Source: a virus
Direction: 5' to 3' (one strand)
DNA: 64,000 nucleotides
Virus record (IMG/VR): IMGVR_UViG_3300037808_000992
Location: 1 to 64,000 of that record
Below are positions 37,271 through 46,494 of this stretch, piece after piece (position 1 is the stretch's first letter; every line of letters starts with the position of its first letter). The position numbers and the translations under genes were made by a program. The notes under the pieces were generated by a model, which made no database searches, had not been told where the DNA came from, and was given only the letters and a program-made list of their open reading frames with translations.

Positions 37271-38082
37271 GCTTGATTCCTGAAATACTTATTCAGCAAG
37301 CTCTTGTACAAGGGATCCGTGATTTACGTCAGAATCCTTGGAAAGCAGATCAGTTATTTAAGAGTGTTCCGCAATCATATGCGCAGCAGTTTAGTGAGTT
37401 ACTTGCCGACACTCCCGTGGATATCACCTTAAACTATCCCCGAGAAGATAGTCAGTTCCCTTGTGTTGCTATTTTACTTCGGGCAGAGGATGAGTCCCTT
37501 ACAGTGCTGGGAGATCTCTTAGGAGCAGGCACAGATTACGACAACGGTTTAGTGGGCTCCCGTGAATTCTTTTATGAGCCAGGGGTGGAGGCTACAGACG
37601 TAGATTACACTGGTAATTTATCAGGGGAACCTCGACGGCTGTTTGATAAATCTAAACCGGTTTACAAAGAACATAAAGGATCGGGGTTTTCTTGCAGTTA
37701 CATGCTGCAGATAATGACAGATAATCAGGACTTCACTATTCTGCTCTACCACGCCATCCGATTTATCATTTTACGGAATATTGCTAAGTTCGATATGAAT
37801 GGCATGTTCCAAATGAAATTAAGTGGGACGGACTTTTTGCCCCAACCAGGACAACAACCTACGTTTATCTTTATGCGAGGGTTGTCTTTAAGCTTTATGT
37901 ACTTTGCTGACTATTTCTTGGTTTACGACGGAAAAGAGCCTGATTTAGAGGCTTTAGCAACGTCGTTTGTACTTGATATTGAACGAGCAGATAAAAAAGA
38001 GGTGGGGATTCTGGCTTTAGGGCAAAAGCCTCACATTGAGAGTATAGAAGAGCTTCCTGCTGGGTTCGGGGGAGGTCCTTGA
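37267..38082 (+). CDS. putative tail terminator/completion protein
   Basis: NYPREDSQFPCVAILL...E.E...LGD; position before the sheath gene. Confidence 0.6.
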   Translation: MSLIPEILIQQALVQGIRDLRQNPWKADQLFKSVPQSYAQQFSELLADTPVDITLNYPREDSQFPCVAILLRAEDESLTVLGDLLGAGTDYDNGLVGSREFFYEPGVEATDVDYTGNLSGEPRRLFDKSKPVYKEHKGSGFSCSYMLQIMTDNQDFTILLYHAIRFIILRNIAKFDMNGMFQMKLSGTDFLPQPGQQPTFIFMRGLSLSFMYFADYFLVYDGKEPDLEALATSFVLDIERADKKEVGILALGQKPHIESIEELPAGFGGGP

Positions 38083-38621
38083 TGTCACTTACTGATGTAA
38101 TAGGGACCTTGAAGATTAGTAAGTTTTTAATTAAGGGCTTTAATTTCCAGTACGGTTTGTCTGTGTCGGTTTATGATCCCGATCTTCCAGGATCTTCGGA
38201 CAACTACGACGTTTCTGATATTCAATTTTTAGACGAGAGCGTAGATACCGTTTTTACCTCAACTTTCCTTGGACAAGCGGACTCTACCTCTTTAAAATAT
38301 CATGCGGATAGCCCTCAGGTGGTACCCACAAATTTGTCCGAGGGTATGTTTATGCAAGTCGCAGGTCCCAAAACTCATGATTCTTATGCAGAACGACGAA
38401 GAATAATTAGTTCCACACCGGGTAATGCGGGTACAATAACCGTGGCAAACCCGTTTTCGTCATCTTTGAGTGGGGCATCAGTATCTGTGTTTAAAAGATC
38501 GAGCCAAGTCCAGTTTACTTTACGCGTAGATAGTGACGCTACTGCAGGCTTAAAAAGCGTAAAAATAACAAACCCAGACTCTCAAATAACTGTTTTAGAT
38601 AACGCAATTTTGATTTCATAG
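38082..38621 (+). CDS. Ig/IPT-like structural protein
   Basis: GGAGG SD with TGATG coupling; IKGFNFQYG...ATAGLKSVKITNPD. Confidence 0.6.
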   Translation: MSLTDVIGTLKISKFLIKGFNFQYGLSVSVYDPDLPGSSDNYDVSDIQFLDESVDTVFTSTFLGQADSTSLKYHADSPQVVPTNLSEGMFMQVAGPKTHDSYAERRRIISSTPGNAGTITVANPFSSSLSGASVSVFKRSSQVQFTLRVDSDATAGLKSVKITNPDSQITVLDNAILIS

Positions 38622-38628
38622 TATAAGG

Positions 38629-38916
38629 ATGGCTGTGATGGTTAAGAAAACTAAAAAAACGACTAAAAAGAAATCTTTCAGCGAGAAAAAACCTGAGGTT
38701 TCTAAAAAGGTCGAAAAAGTAGAAAAAGTTGAAAAGGTTGAATCACCTAAGCCTGCTGTAGTATTCAAGTCTAAGCCAGTTATTGGAGTGGAAAAATATT
38801 TGAAAAGTGTGGGTACGAAACCAAGGCACTTAAAGCCTTTAGTAGTTTTGGCTACTAGTCAGGGCTACACACAAGAAACAGCAGATCGGTGGAAAGAAAT
38901 TTTTGCTAATCTCTAG
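38629..38916 (+). CDS. small Lys-rich protein, 95 aa
   Basis: ORF immediately before the sheath gene; C-terminal WKEIF. Confidence 0.65.
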   Translation: MAVMVKKTKKTTKKKSFSEKKPEVSKKVEKVEKVEKVESPKPAVVFKSKPVIGVEKYLKSVGTKPRHLKPLVVLATSQGYTQETADRWKEIFANL

Positions 38917-38926
38917 GAGATGACTC

Positions 38927-41740
38927 GTGGCACGGTTTATTACATTTAACGGCGTAACCATTTTCCACCCCGGTGGTTTAACAAAAATTGACGCAAGTGA
39001 TCTTGCCCAAGTCTCTGGCGGTACCAGTGGTATTGTGGGGCTGATTGGCGAAGCTGATTCAGGAGAACCAAATTCTGCTCTGAGCCCTAAAGTGCATGAG
39101 TTCATTAATCCGAACTCTGCAGTTCAGATGTTTAAGAGCGGTCCTTTGGCGGATGCAATCGACTTTGTATTCCGACCATCTACTGATCCACGGATCCCTG
39201 GCGGCGCACAGAAAATACTGGCTGTAAAAACAAATCAAAGTACTGCTTCGTCTGTTACTTTATCTGATCAGCCCACTGCTAATGATGCAATGACCGTCAC
39301 GTCGCGCACCTTCGGTAAAGCGGCTGAGCAGTTAAGTATTGAAGTGAATCAAACGGCTGCAGCAGCCGACCCATTTCAGAATAAAATGGATGTAACGCTT
39401 ATAGACGCAGGGAGCGGCACTACAGAGACGTTTACGAGTATTGGTGGCACTCCCCTGATGAATGTCCAATACCGTGGTCCTAGCGCCCCTACAGTGCGTG
39501 AGACGGATGCTGGCGCAAGTGTACACACCGTGGTGTCCTCTGCAGCCCCTGATGAACTTGTTATAACAGGAAATATTACGACCGGTGCTGCGGTCGGTAA
39601 CTTTGTTCGTATGAAGGCGGGTGGAACTGCTACCGCTGAGTTTGTTACCGGTCAGATGTCTCGAATTAGAACGATTGCGTTTGGTGGCGTAAATACAGTA
39701 ATTGAGCTTGATGCGGACTTCAGCGAGAATGACGGCTCTCAAATTACTGCTGCAAACTTAGCCACAGCTACATTTGAGGTTGTTCGTGAAGTTGTAGGCC
39801 CTTTCCGAGCAGTTTCAGGCACTGCTAACACGGTAGTGATGAATGGTGCCCGAGATACCAGTGGTTCAGTTGCGGGTGATCCTTTATTAAATTTAGCTGC
39901 TGGTAATTGGGCTGCTAACTACGCTTTGGTTACTGAAGGCTGGTGCTATTTAAAGATTGTAGCAGGTACCGGAGCGGGTCAAATTCGTCGTATTAACAAC
40001 GCCGGGTCATCAGGCGCAGTCGCTCCAGGTGTTGGGGCCGATAACTTAGAAATTGAGTTAGAAGTACATGATGATTGGGACACGCAGCCCGATGGTACGT
40101 CTCAAATCATGCTTATTAACGCTGCTGCGCAAGCAGCGCACAGCGCGACAGACAGCGATAATGATTGTGGTGCTCAAGCGCGTATTCAAGGTGGTGCAAC
40201 TACAGCTACTCGCGGCGCTGCTGATAAACTCTTTTTAGAGGTTATGCCCGGTACTGGTGAGGATGATGGCGGTGGTACGGTAATTGTTCCTGGAGGTGGC
40301 GCAGGCGGTGCTGGAATTGCCGGTGTAGGTTATGTTGAGTATTATGAGTTTCCTTTAGGCGGGAGCATTTCAGTCTCTACCTTAGTAAACCGAATCAAAC
40401 TTGGTATTAATGCTTCTTCCACCAATACTGAGGTTGCCTCAGGTAATATTGATCCTACAAAAACTGCATGGAACGCTAGAGTTGGATTAGGTCGTAGTGG
40501 TGATCTTACTACTGACCGATTCGATTTTATGTTGGCGACAGGTACTCGATTAACGACGGATGTTACTAACGGCACTAATACTGTTGCGGCTCCTACAGCA
40601 ACTTCTCCTTCTGTAGACGCTCTTGTTGACTTTAACCAAGTGTTTAATAACACCTGGGATTCAGCAGGCAACAGTCTTAAACGGCATCGTTTACTAGATA
40701 ATTTAGCAATTTTAATCGACACGATTAATGCTCAAAGTTTGTTGATGAGTGCTGAGCGAGACGCAAGTGGTGTAGCGCCAGTGTCCAACGGAGATGGTGT
40801 TCCCGTATTTGGTGTCATAAACAATTTAGCTGGTGCGACCGTAGGCGCTTCCACCTTCCAAACTATTTCTAATGCCTTTGATCAGCTAATTAAGCATCGT
40901 CACGATACTGCTGTGGCGTTGTTTAGTACAGGCGTTGGTGGCGTTACTATTGATAGTATCCACGCTCTATTAGAGCAACACACTATTAATGGTGCTGGAG
41001 CGTTTAAAAACGAAGTTGATGGAATTGCAGCGTTTGACCCACCTGTTGCAGCGACGGCATTAGCTGATGTAGTCACGCAAGCCAACGCTATCGCTAACCG
41101 AAATATGGCTTTGGTGTACCAAAAGCCCACTCGTATTAATGCTCAGGGTGTAAGAACAGAATTTGGTTCTCACATGCTGGCAGCGGCTATTGCAGGTATG
41201 CAGGCTGGATCTCCGGTAGGTACTCCACTGACGTTTAAGTTTGTACGGGCTATAGATATTACGAGTCCTGCAAGTGCCGATCCCCTCGACGTAGATGACG
41301 CTACGATGATGTTGAAGAATGGAGTGTTGTTCTCTGAGAAGGTAAGCAACGGATTCCGTATTGTTCGGAACCTGAGCACCTTTATCCAGAATGACAATCT
41401 TGCATTCACAGATCGAAATGTTAACTATGAGTTGAATTACATTGCTTATGACCTTCGTACTTTTATTGAAAATACGTTTGTTGGTACAAAAGCAATTCCC
41501 GCAACAGCCGTTAATATGAAAGACGCTGTAATTTCGAAATTAACAATTTACCGTGATGATTTAGAGATTATCACTAAAAGTAATGATCCGGTTACCGGGC
41601 AAGAAATCGATGCTTTCAGAGATTTAAAAGTTACAATCTCTGGTGATATTGCAACAATTCGTTTTGAGATTTTCCCAACTATGGGTATAAACTTTATGAC
41701 GTTCGAGATCTTTGCGCAACTACCGGTTATCAGTGCATAG
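38927..41740 (+). CDS. contractile tail sheath protein with large inserted domains, 937 aa
   Basis: HPGG.TKID...GIVGLIGEADSGEP...FKSGPLADAI at the N-terminus; AAAIAGMQAG...PLTFK...GFRIVRNLST...FVG...I.F....F at the C-terminus. Confidence 0.92.
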   Translation: MARFITFNGVTIFHPGGLTKIDASDLAQVSGGTSGIVGLIGEADSGEPNSALSPKVHEFINPNSAVQMFKSGPLADAIDFVFRPSTDPRIPGGAQKILAVKTNQSTASSVTLSDQPTANDAMTVTSRTFGKAAEQLSIEVNQTAAAADPFQNKMDVTLIDAGSGTTETFTSIGGTPLMNVQYRGPSAPTVRETDAGASVHTVVSSAAPDELVITGNITTGAAVGNFVRMKAGGTATAEFVTGQMSRIRTIAFGGVNTVIELDADFSENDGSQITAANLATATFEVVREVVGPFRAVSGTANTVVMNGARDTSGSVAGDPLLNLAAGNWAANYALVTEGWCYLKIVAGTGAGQIRRINNAGSSGAVAPGVGADNLEIELEVHDDWDTQPDGTSQIMLINAAAQAAHSATDSDNDCGAQARIQGGATTATRGAADKLFLEVMPGTGEDDGGGTVIVPGGGAGGAGIAGVGYVEYYEFPLGGSISVSTLVNRIKLGINASSTNTEVASGNIDPTKTAWNARVGLGRSGDLTTDRFDFMLATGTRLTTDVTNGTNTVAAPTATSPSVDALVDFNQVFNNTWDSAGNSLKRHRLLDNLAILIDTINAQSLLMSAERDASGVAPVSNGDGVPVFGVINNLAGATVGASTFQTISNAFDQLIKHRHDTAVALFSTGVGGVTIDSIHALLEQHTINGAGAFKNEVDGIAAFDPPVAATALADVVTQANAIANRNMALVYQKPTRINAQGVRTEFGSHMLAAAIAGMQAGSPVGTPLTFKFVRAIDITSPASADPLDVDDATMMLKNGVLFSEKVSNGFRIVRNLSTFIQNDNLAFTDRNVNYELNYIAYDLRTFIENTFVGTKAIPATAVNMKDAVISKLTIYRDDLEIITKSNDPVTGQEIDAFRDLKVTISGDIATIRFEIFPTMGINFMTFEIFAQLPVISA

Positions 41741-41752
41741 GAGAGATTAGAC

Positions 41753-43174
41753 ATGCCAGCAATTAACGGTGCGAATAGAGAATTTTTCCTGACCATGCGT
41801 CAGAAGTACATGAATGGTAGCGGCCATACGCTACAGGGTGAGAGTGGTCTTTTGACTACTGGAGGAGCATGGCCCCTCATGACTAACTCCCCTGGGTGGT
41901 CCGTTACAGGTAATTTGGGGGCTTCGGCTCTAGCAGGCGAACAAGAGATTACGCTAGGAAGTGCTTCTGAAGCAGCGCCATTTCGCCCAGGTACTACGAT
42001 TACTTTGTTTGACGCTACTGACAATACGGTAACTGAGTCAATTGTCGTTCTGTCGTCTAAAAACCAAAAGTTAATACTTGCTGCGGGTCTCGCTAACGCT
42101 TATGACCAAGGCTCTATCGTGGCTGTTCCGTTTGGCGTAGGTCCCGATGGTATTTCCACGAGTATGGACGTTACTGCAGGCGGTTGGACTCCTACTGGCG
42201 CAGGTGATGTAGCTACGTTAGTAGATCTCTACCAACGTGTTTGTACCAACCCGGCTGCGTTTGCAATTACAACTGCTGCTGCTCCACTTTTTACATTGGA
42301 TATTGGGTCAACTGCTAATGTAAATACTTTGGTTGGCGACACGGTTACTTTTGTAGGCGATGTCACAGCAGGTCTTGCTGGAGTTACTGCACGTATTAGT
42401 TCAAACACAGCGGGCGCTAATGTAGTGATCGGTTTAGAGCAGATTATCGCAGTTAATGCTGCTGGCGAGACAGTGACTAGTCCACTGTTTCCTATTGTTG
42501 TTGATGGAGTTTCTTTAACGCCGTCAGCCGCTGGTGCTGGTGACACTCTAAATATCGCTTGCACCTTCGTCCAAGAGAAGATTAATGCTGTAGCGGTACC
42601 TAACAACGTAGATGCTGCAGGTAATTCTACCTCTAATCCTCTAACAGGTGCGTCTCAGGAAGGTTTGGGTGACCAAGGTCCTGTTATGGTTGCTGCTTGT
42701 CTCGGGGTTATTGACCAGTTGGGCGGAACCGCTCGCTTATCTTTAACCCAAGAAGAGAAGTTAATGGGTAGCTTTGGCTCTATCGGTAAACGACTTCTTT
42801 TAGCTCAGGATGAAGCAATTGCTGCTACTACAATCACCTTAGAGTGGGATGAGGCTGCTGGAGACGTTCCGTTTCCTTTAGCAGGCATAATTGAAATTCT
42901 AGATGCCGAGACAGGTGTTGACAGTACTGCCTTTGCCCAACCGTTACTGGTCCACACGAGTACTTTCACTCGGGCACGTGGTAGCCGTACTTTAACCTTA
43001 GCGGTTGCTCTTCCGGCTGGTGGTGCAACCACTGGTATGATTGTACAGCTTTCCCCAGGGCAAAGTGGTCCAATCTTCTTACCGTATGCCTCTGCCATTG
43101 ATTCTAAAGATATGGCTCAGTTGCTTACATTGACTGAGATTGCAGTGACCGCACACACTAATCCTGCTCCGTAG
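41753..43174 (+). CDS. structural protein, 473 aa, between sheath and tube
   Basis: AGGAG SD; Ala/Gly/Thr-rich; carries the shared beta-module repeats. Confidence 0.7.
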   Translation: MPAINGANREFFLTMRQKYMNGSGHTLQGESGLLTTGGAWPLMTNSPGWSVTGNLGASALAGEQEITLGSASEAAPFRPGTTITLFDATDNTVTESIVVLSSKNQKLILAAGLANAYDQGSIVAVPFGVGPDGISTSMDVTAGGWTPTGAGDVATLVDLYQRVCTNPAAFAITTAAAPLFTLDIGSTANVNTLVGDTVTFVGDVTAGLAGVTARISSNTAGANVVIGLEQIIAVNAAGETVTSPLFPIVVDGVSLTPSAAGAGDTLNIACTFVQEKINAVAVPNNVDAAGNSTSNPLTGASQEGLGDQGPVMVAACLGVIDQLGGTARLSLTQEEKLMGSFGSIGKRLLLAQDEAIAATTITLEWDEAAGDVPFPLAGIIEILDAETGVDSTAFAQPLLVHTSTFTRARGSRTLTLAVALPAGGATTGMIVQLSPGQSGPIFLPYASAIDSKDMAQLLTLTEIAVTAHTNPAP

Positions 43175-43187
43175 AGCAGGAAGAACT

Positions 43188-43315
43188 AGGGTCGGGGGTT
43201 ATCCTCCTCCTATCGTGTCAGGGAATAGCTCAGTTCCTACGAGTCTATTCCCTGGTATGTAACCTTGACCTTATCTAAAATTAACACGAAACTATTCTTA
43301 ACCTTGTCGTAGGAG
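43188..43315 (+). promoter_or_regulatory. structured RNA leader of the tail tube gene
   Basis: Outer stem AGGGTCGGGGGTTA/TAACCTTGACCTT; inner stem TCAGGGAATAG/CTATTCCCTGG; loop region TTCCTACGA complementary to TCGTAGGAG, which contains the SD. Confidence 0.5.
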
Positions 43316-43321
43316 TCTGTT

Positions 43322-43795
43322 ATGGCTATCGAAATTTTTAGTGGTGCAAGAGCCAAATTTTTTCTCAACAACCGAGCAATTGGTTTTTGTGCTGGTGTCA
43401 GCGGTGAAGAGGCAGTTGATTACTCACCTGTAGACACCTTGGACTTTCTTGAAGTTCGAGAGCATGTGCCTGTTGCCTATCGTACTTCCTTAAGTGCGGC
43501 ATTCTTCCGTTTAATTGGGTCTCCCCTTAAAGATTATACGGGTAAGGGTGATACGGACGCAGAGAGCATCTCCATCTTTCCTAAGTTTGAAAATATTCTT
43601 ACGGATGGGTCGATGTCAGCATCTATTCAGTTAGCCCCCGGCAAAGGTGTAGATCAGTTCCCACAAGGGACGATCATGGCTAAGTTTTACAAGGTACGCG
43701 CCGCAAGTAAGACGTTTGATGTTTCTGCGCGTGGTGTAGTGACGGAGAACTGTTCGTTTGTTGCGATACGGCAAGCTGACGAATCTACGTTGTAG
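43322..43795 (+). CDS. tail tube protein
   Basis: FSGARAKF...IGF...VSGEE...Y.PVDTL...EVREHVPVAY...SARGVVTENCSFVAI; size and position after the sheath. Confidence 0.85.
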   Translation: MAIEIFSGARAKFFLNNRAIGFCAGVSGEEAVDYSPVDTLDFLEVREHVPVAYRTSLSAAFFRLIGSPLKDYTGKGDTDAESISIFPKFENILTDGSMSASIQLAPGKGVDQFPQGTIMAKFYKVRAASKTFDVSARGVVTENCSFVAIRQADESTL

Positions 43796-43838
43796 ATAGT
43801 TATTTTTAAATAAAACGTATTAAATTAAGAGGTTTATA

Positions 43839-44312
43839 ATGCAGCTAACTAAAAGTTTTAGTATCAACTTTTATTCTAAAATTCTTAAAGAGACCTTTGC
43901 AGGGACTTTTACTACTAAGAAATTAACGGTGGGAGATCTCTCTAAGATTGGACTTGTTAAAGCTCAATTGTCAGGGGGATACGTCTATGATGAGGTTCAA
44001 GGTCGTGGGGTAGATGCCACCACCAACCTACTCAATGAGATGGTAGCCCATTGTCAAGTATCCCTTATTCAATCTCCTGACTGGTTTAACCCAAGCGACG
44101 TTTCAGATTTAGAACTGTTGCGAGTGGTTTATGAGGAGGTGGCTTCTTTTGAGGCCGACTTTCACCTCCCACAGCAAGCATCTCAAGAAGAAGGACCTGC
44201 TGGAAGCAGCAAAGATTCAAGCAGCGATGAATCTACAGGGGGAGGGAGATCCGTTAGCACTCTTGAGGATCTGGTGGACAAAAAAGTACCAAAGATCGAG
44301 AAATTCGGATGA
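43839..44312 (+). CDS. tail assembly chaperone (upstream frame)
   Basis: Follows the tube gene; GTFTTKKLT...PDWF...DLELLRVVYEEV..FE..F pattern; GAGG SD. Confidence 0.7.
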   Translation: MQLTKSFSINFYSKILKETFAGTFTTKKLTVGDLSKIGLVKAQLSGGYVYDEVQGRGVDATTNLLNEMVAHCQVSLIQSPDWFNPSDVSDLELLRVVYEEVASFEADFHLPQQASQEEGPAGSSKDSSSDESTGGGRSVSTLEDLVDKKVPKIEKFG

Positions 44313-44634
44313 GTTTAAAGCGTATACGCTCTTTGACTTGCTGACTGAGTTTTTTGAGGACTTTTATAGCGACAATAAAAGTGCTCTACGTGATTTAGAT
44401 CTGCCGTTTAGTGCAGGAACTGGTGATCCGATGGTCGATAAGTGGGAGCGTGAAATCTCTCAAGGGCTTATGCCGAACTTGTTAGAGGACTTATCGGAAG
44501 ATGCCGCGAAGGAGATTTTAGAGTGGAGTCAGCGAGTCTATAAACAGAAAGTTGAACGCGGAGAGATTATGAGCCCTGAAGAACTGGAATTGGCAAAGAA
44601 CGTAGACATAGAAACGTTTTCGGATAACTACTAA
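44164..44634 (+). CDS. second tail assembly chaperone frame, probably reached by +1 frameshift
   Basis: The +1 frame is open from 44131 and overlaps the upstream ORF by about 180 nt; LRIWWTKKY...YT..DLL.EFFED...TGDP.VDKWE. Ends at the start of the tape-measure gene. Confidence 0.65.
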   Translation, partial: TSHSKHLKKKDLLEAAKIQAAMNLQGEGDPLALLRIWWTKKYQRSRNSDEFKAYTLFDLLTEFFEDFYSDNKSALRDLDLPFSAGTGDPMVDKWEREISQGLMPNLLEDLSEDAAKEILEWSQRVYKQKVERGEIMSPEELELAKNVDIETFSDNY

Positions 44635-46475
44635 TGGCTAGTGGAAAACCGACCGTCGTAGCGGAACTTAGCCGTACCATTGAAGGGGTTAAGAGTGGTT
44701 TAGAAGAGTTACAGCAATCTTTAAACAATCTACAGAAATCCTCCACGGGTTGGGCTACAAGCTTCACCGGAAATTTACGCACTGCGCTTACCCAGATAAA
44801 CGAGACTAAAAGAGGCTTCGACAAGCTTTCAAGTACTATCCAACGCGCAAGCTCTGTCCCAGGGGTAGTTAGCGGCGCTCGCATTAGTCAAGCGTTAGGA
44901 GCATCAACAGGACAAGCTGGCGGTGGTGGCGGAGGTGGTGGTGCTCAACCCTTTGGCTCCCAGTTTGCTCGAACTGCAATGTCCCCTCTACGTTATGGTC
45001 TTCCTATGTTGGCAGGCTCTCTCGCCCAACTTCCTTTTTCCGCAGCAGGCGGTTTAACCGGGGGCGCGGGTTCCGTACTTAAGAAGCTACCCATTGCTTC
45101 ACGACTTATGAAAGGATTGGGTGGTGCGGTAAGCGGTCTTGGTTCTAATGTTGTTCGTCCTATGGTTGAGGGCGCGGTGCATATGGGGTTGGGCTTCGGT
45201 ACCCAGTACATCCAACAATCCATGGCCATGCAAGAGCAGTTAGAACGAGGGGGTCGTTTTATAGGGCGCAACAGGGGTCAAGTCAGGGGAATGGCTAACA
45301 CTGGTTTAAAGCACGGCTACGACGTGATGCAAACCATGTCCCACAGAGAATCTGTAGCGCGAGCTATCGGGGGTGGTGGTCCACAAGAGGGCATGATTCA
45401 AGCGATGAGTAACCGCTTACGTCAGCCGATGGGAAATGTCATAGGCGCTGCAGGAGCTTTGCGAAGCGGCGGCATGGGTGCCGATGCAATCGCTGGGGTG
45501 CTCCAACGTATCGAAAGTGGTGTAGGAAATGCAGGTTTTGGGAGAGAAACGCCAGCATTCATACATAGGATAGAATCTCTACTCCAAGCTATCTCTGGGT
45601 TTACGCAGCAGCAGGTAGCCATTACTGGTAGTGCCAATACGGGTCAGACAACTTCCTTTCAAAATTTAGTTCAAACCCTTTCAAATAAAGCTTTTTCTCC
45701 CACAGCAGCAGCGCAAACAGCACAGCAACTTGTTGGTATAGCTGCGAATCCGGGGGGAGGAGAGTCAGGGGAAATCTTTGTACAAAGGGCGTTGGGTTTA
45801 GGAAATCCAAATTTAGCAGCTACTAGAGCGATGGCGGAGAAGATGGGCGTTAATCCTAATCTTGTACGTCGTCGTAGTTATGCAGATTATTTGAAGTTTA
45901 AAGAGAATAACCGCACGGAGGCTGCACAATTACTGGGTGTCCAAACAGCCGTTGAGTTCCCAGGCAGCGACATGCAGTCCATAATACTAGGAAAAGCTTT
46001 AAGTAATATGGGAATAACGAAGGCTGGCACCGTTATGCAATCTTTATTCAGCGGAGGCAGTATAGCTCAGCCGGGAGGTACTCAACAAACTGCTGCTCAG
46101 GTAGGGGCTGCGAGCACTAAAGCAATGATGGGTATCGACCCTAAGATGATTACCGTCCTCAACGAGTACCACAGAAGTTTAGCTACCTTGGCTAACATCC
46201 CTGGCGGAACGGAAGGTATTAAAAATCTTGCTGAGCTTATCAGGACTTTCCAAGTGTTAGGAGGTACTGCGGTTGCGACTGGTTTTAAAGAACTCTTCGG
46301 TGATCTAATGAAGGAGTTAAAGAAGGCGATGGATGGGGTTCCTCTGGAAACTATTATACAAAGAGAGATACAGGGCGTTTCTGGAATTGTGAAAGAACTT
46401 ATTAGAAAGTTATTAGGTAAGCCGCAGGCTTCTTTGGGAGACCACCAACGGCCTCCTCGAAGAATGATAAGCTAG
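44634..46475 (+). CDS. tape-measure-like protein, 613 aa
   Basis: Follows the chaperones; N-terminal coiled coil; Gly/Ala/Gln/Met-rich helical sequence. Confidence 0.7.
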   Translation: MASGKPTVVAELSRTIEGVKSGLEELQQSLNNLQKSSTGWATSFTGNLRTALTQINETKRGFDKLSSTIQRASSVPGVVSGARISQALGASTGQAGGGGGGGGAQPFGSQFARTAMSPLRYGLPMLAGSLAQLPFSAAGGLTGGAGSVLKKLPIASRLMKGLGGAVSGLGSNVVRPMVEGAVHMGLGFGTQYIQQSMAMQEQLERGGRFIGRNRGQVRGMANTGLKHGYDVMQTMSHRESVARAIGGGGPQEGMIQAMSNRLRQPMGNVIGAAGALRSGGMGADAIAGVLQRIESGVGNAGFGRETPAFIHRIESLLQAISGFTQQQVAITGSANTGQTTSFQNLVQTLSNKAFSPTAAAQTAQQLVGIAANPGGGESGEIFVQRALGLGNPNLAATRAMAEKMGVNPNLVRRRSYADYLKFKENNRTEAAQLLGVQTAVEFPGSDMQSIILGKALSNMGITKAGTVMQSLFSGGSIAQPGGTQQTAAQVGAASTKAMMGIDPKMITVLNEYHRSLATLANIPGGTEGIKNLAELIRTFQVLGGTAVATGFKELFGDLMKELKKAMDGVPLETIIQREIQGVSGIVKELIRKLLGKPQASLGDHQRPPRRMIS

Positions 46476-46494
46476 ATGACGGTGAGAAGTATAA

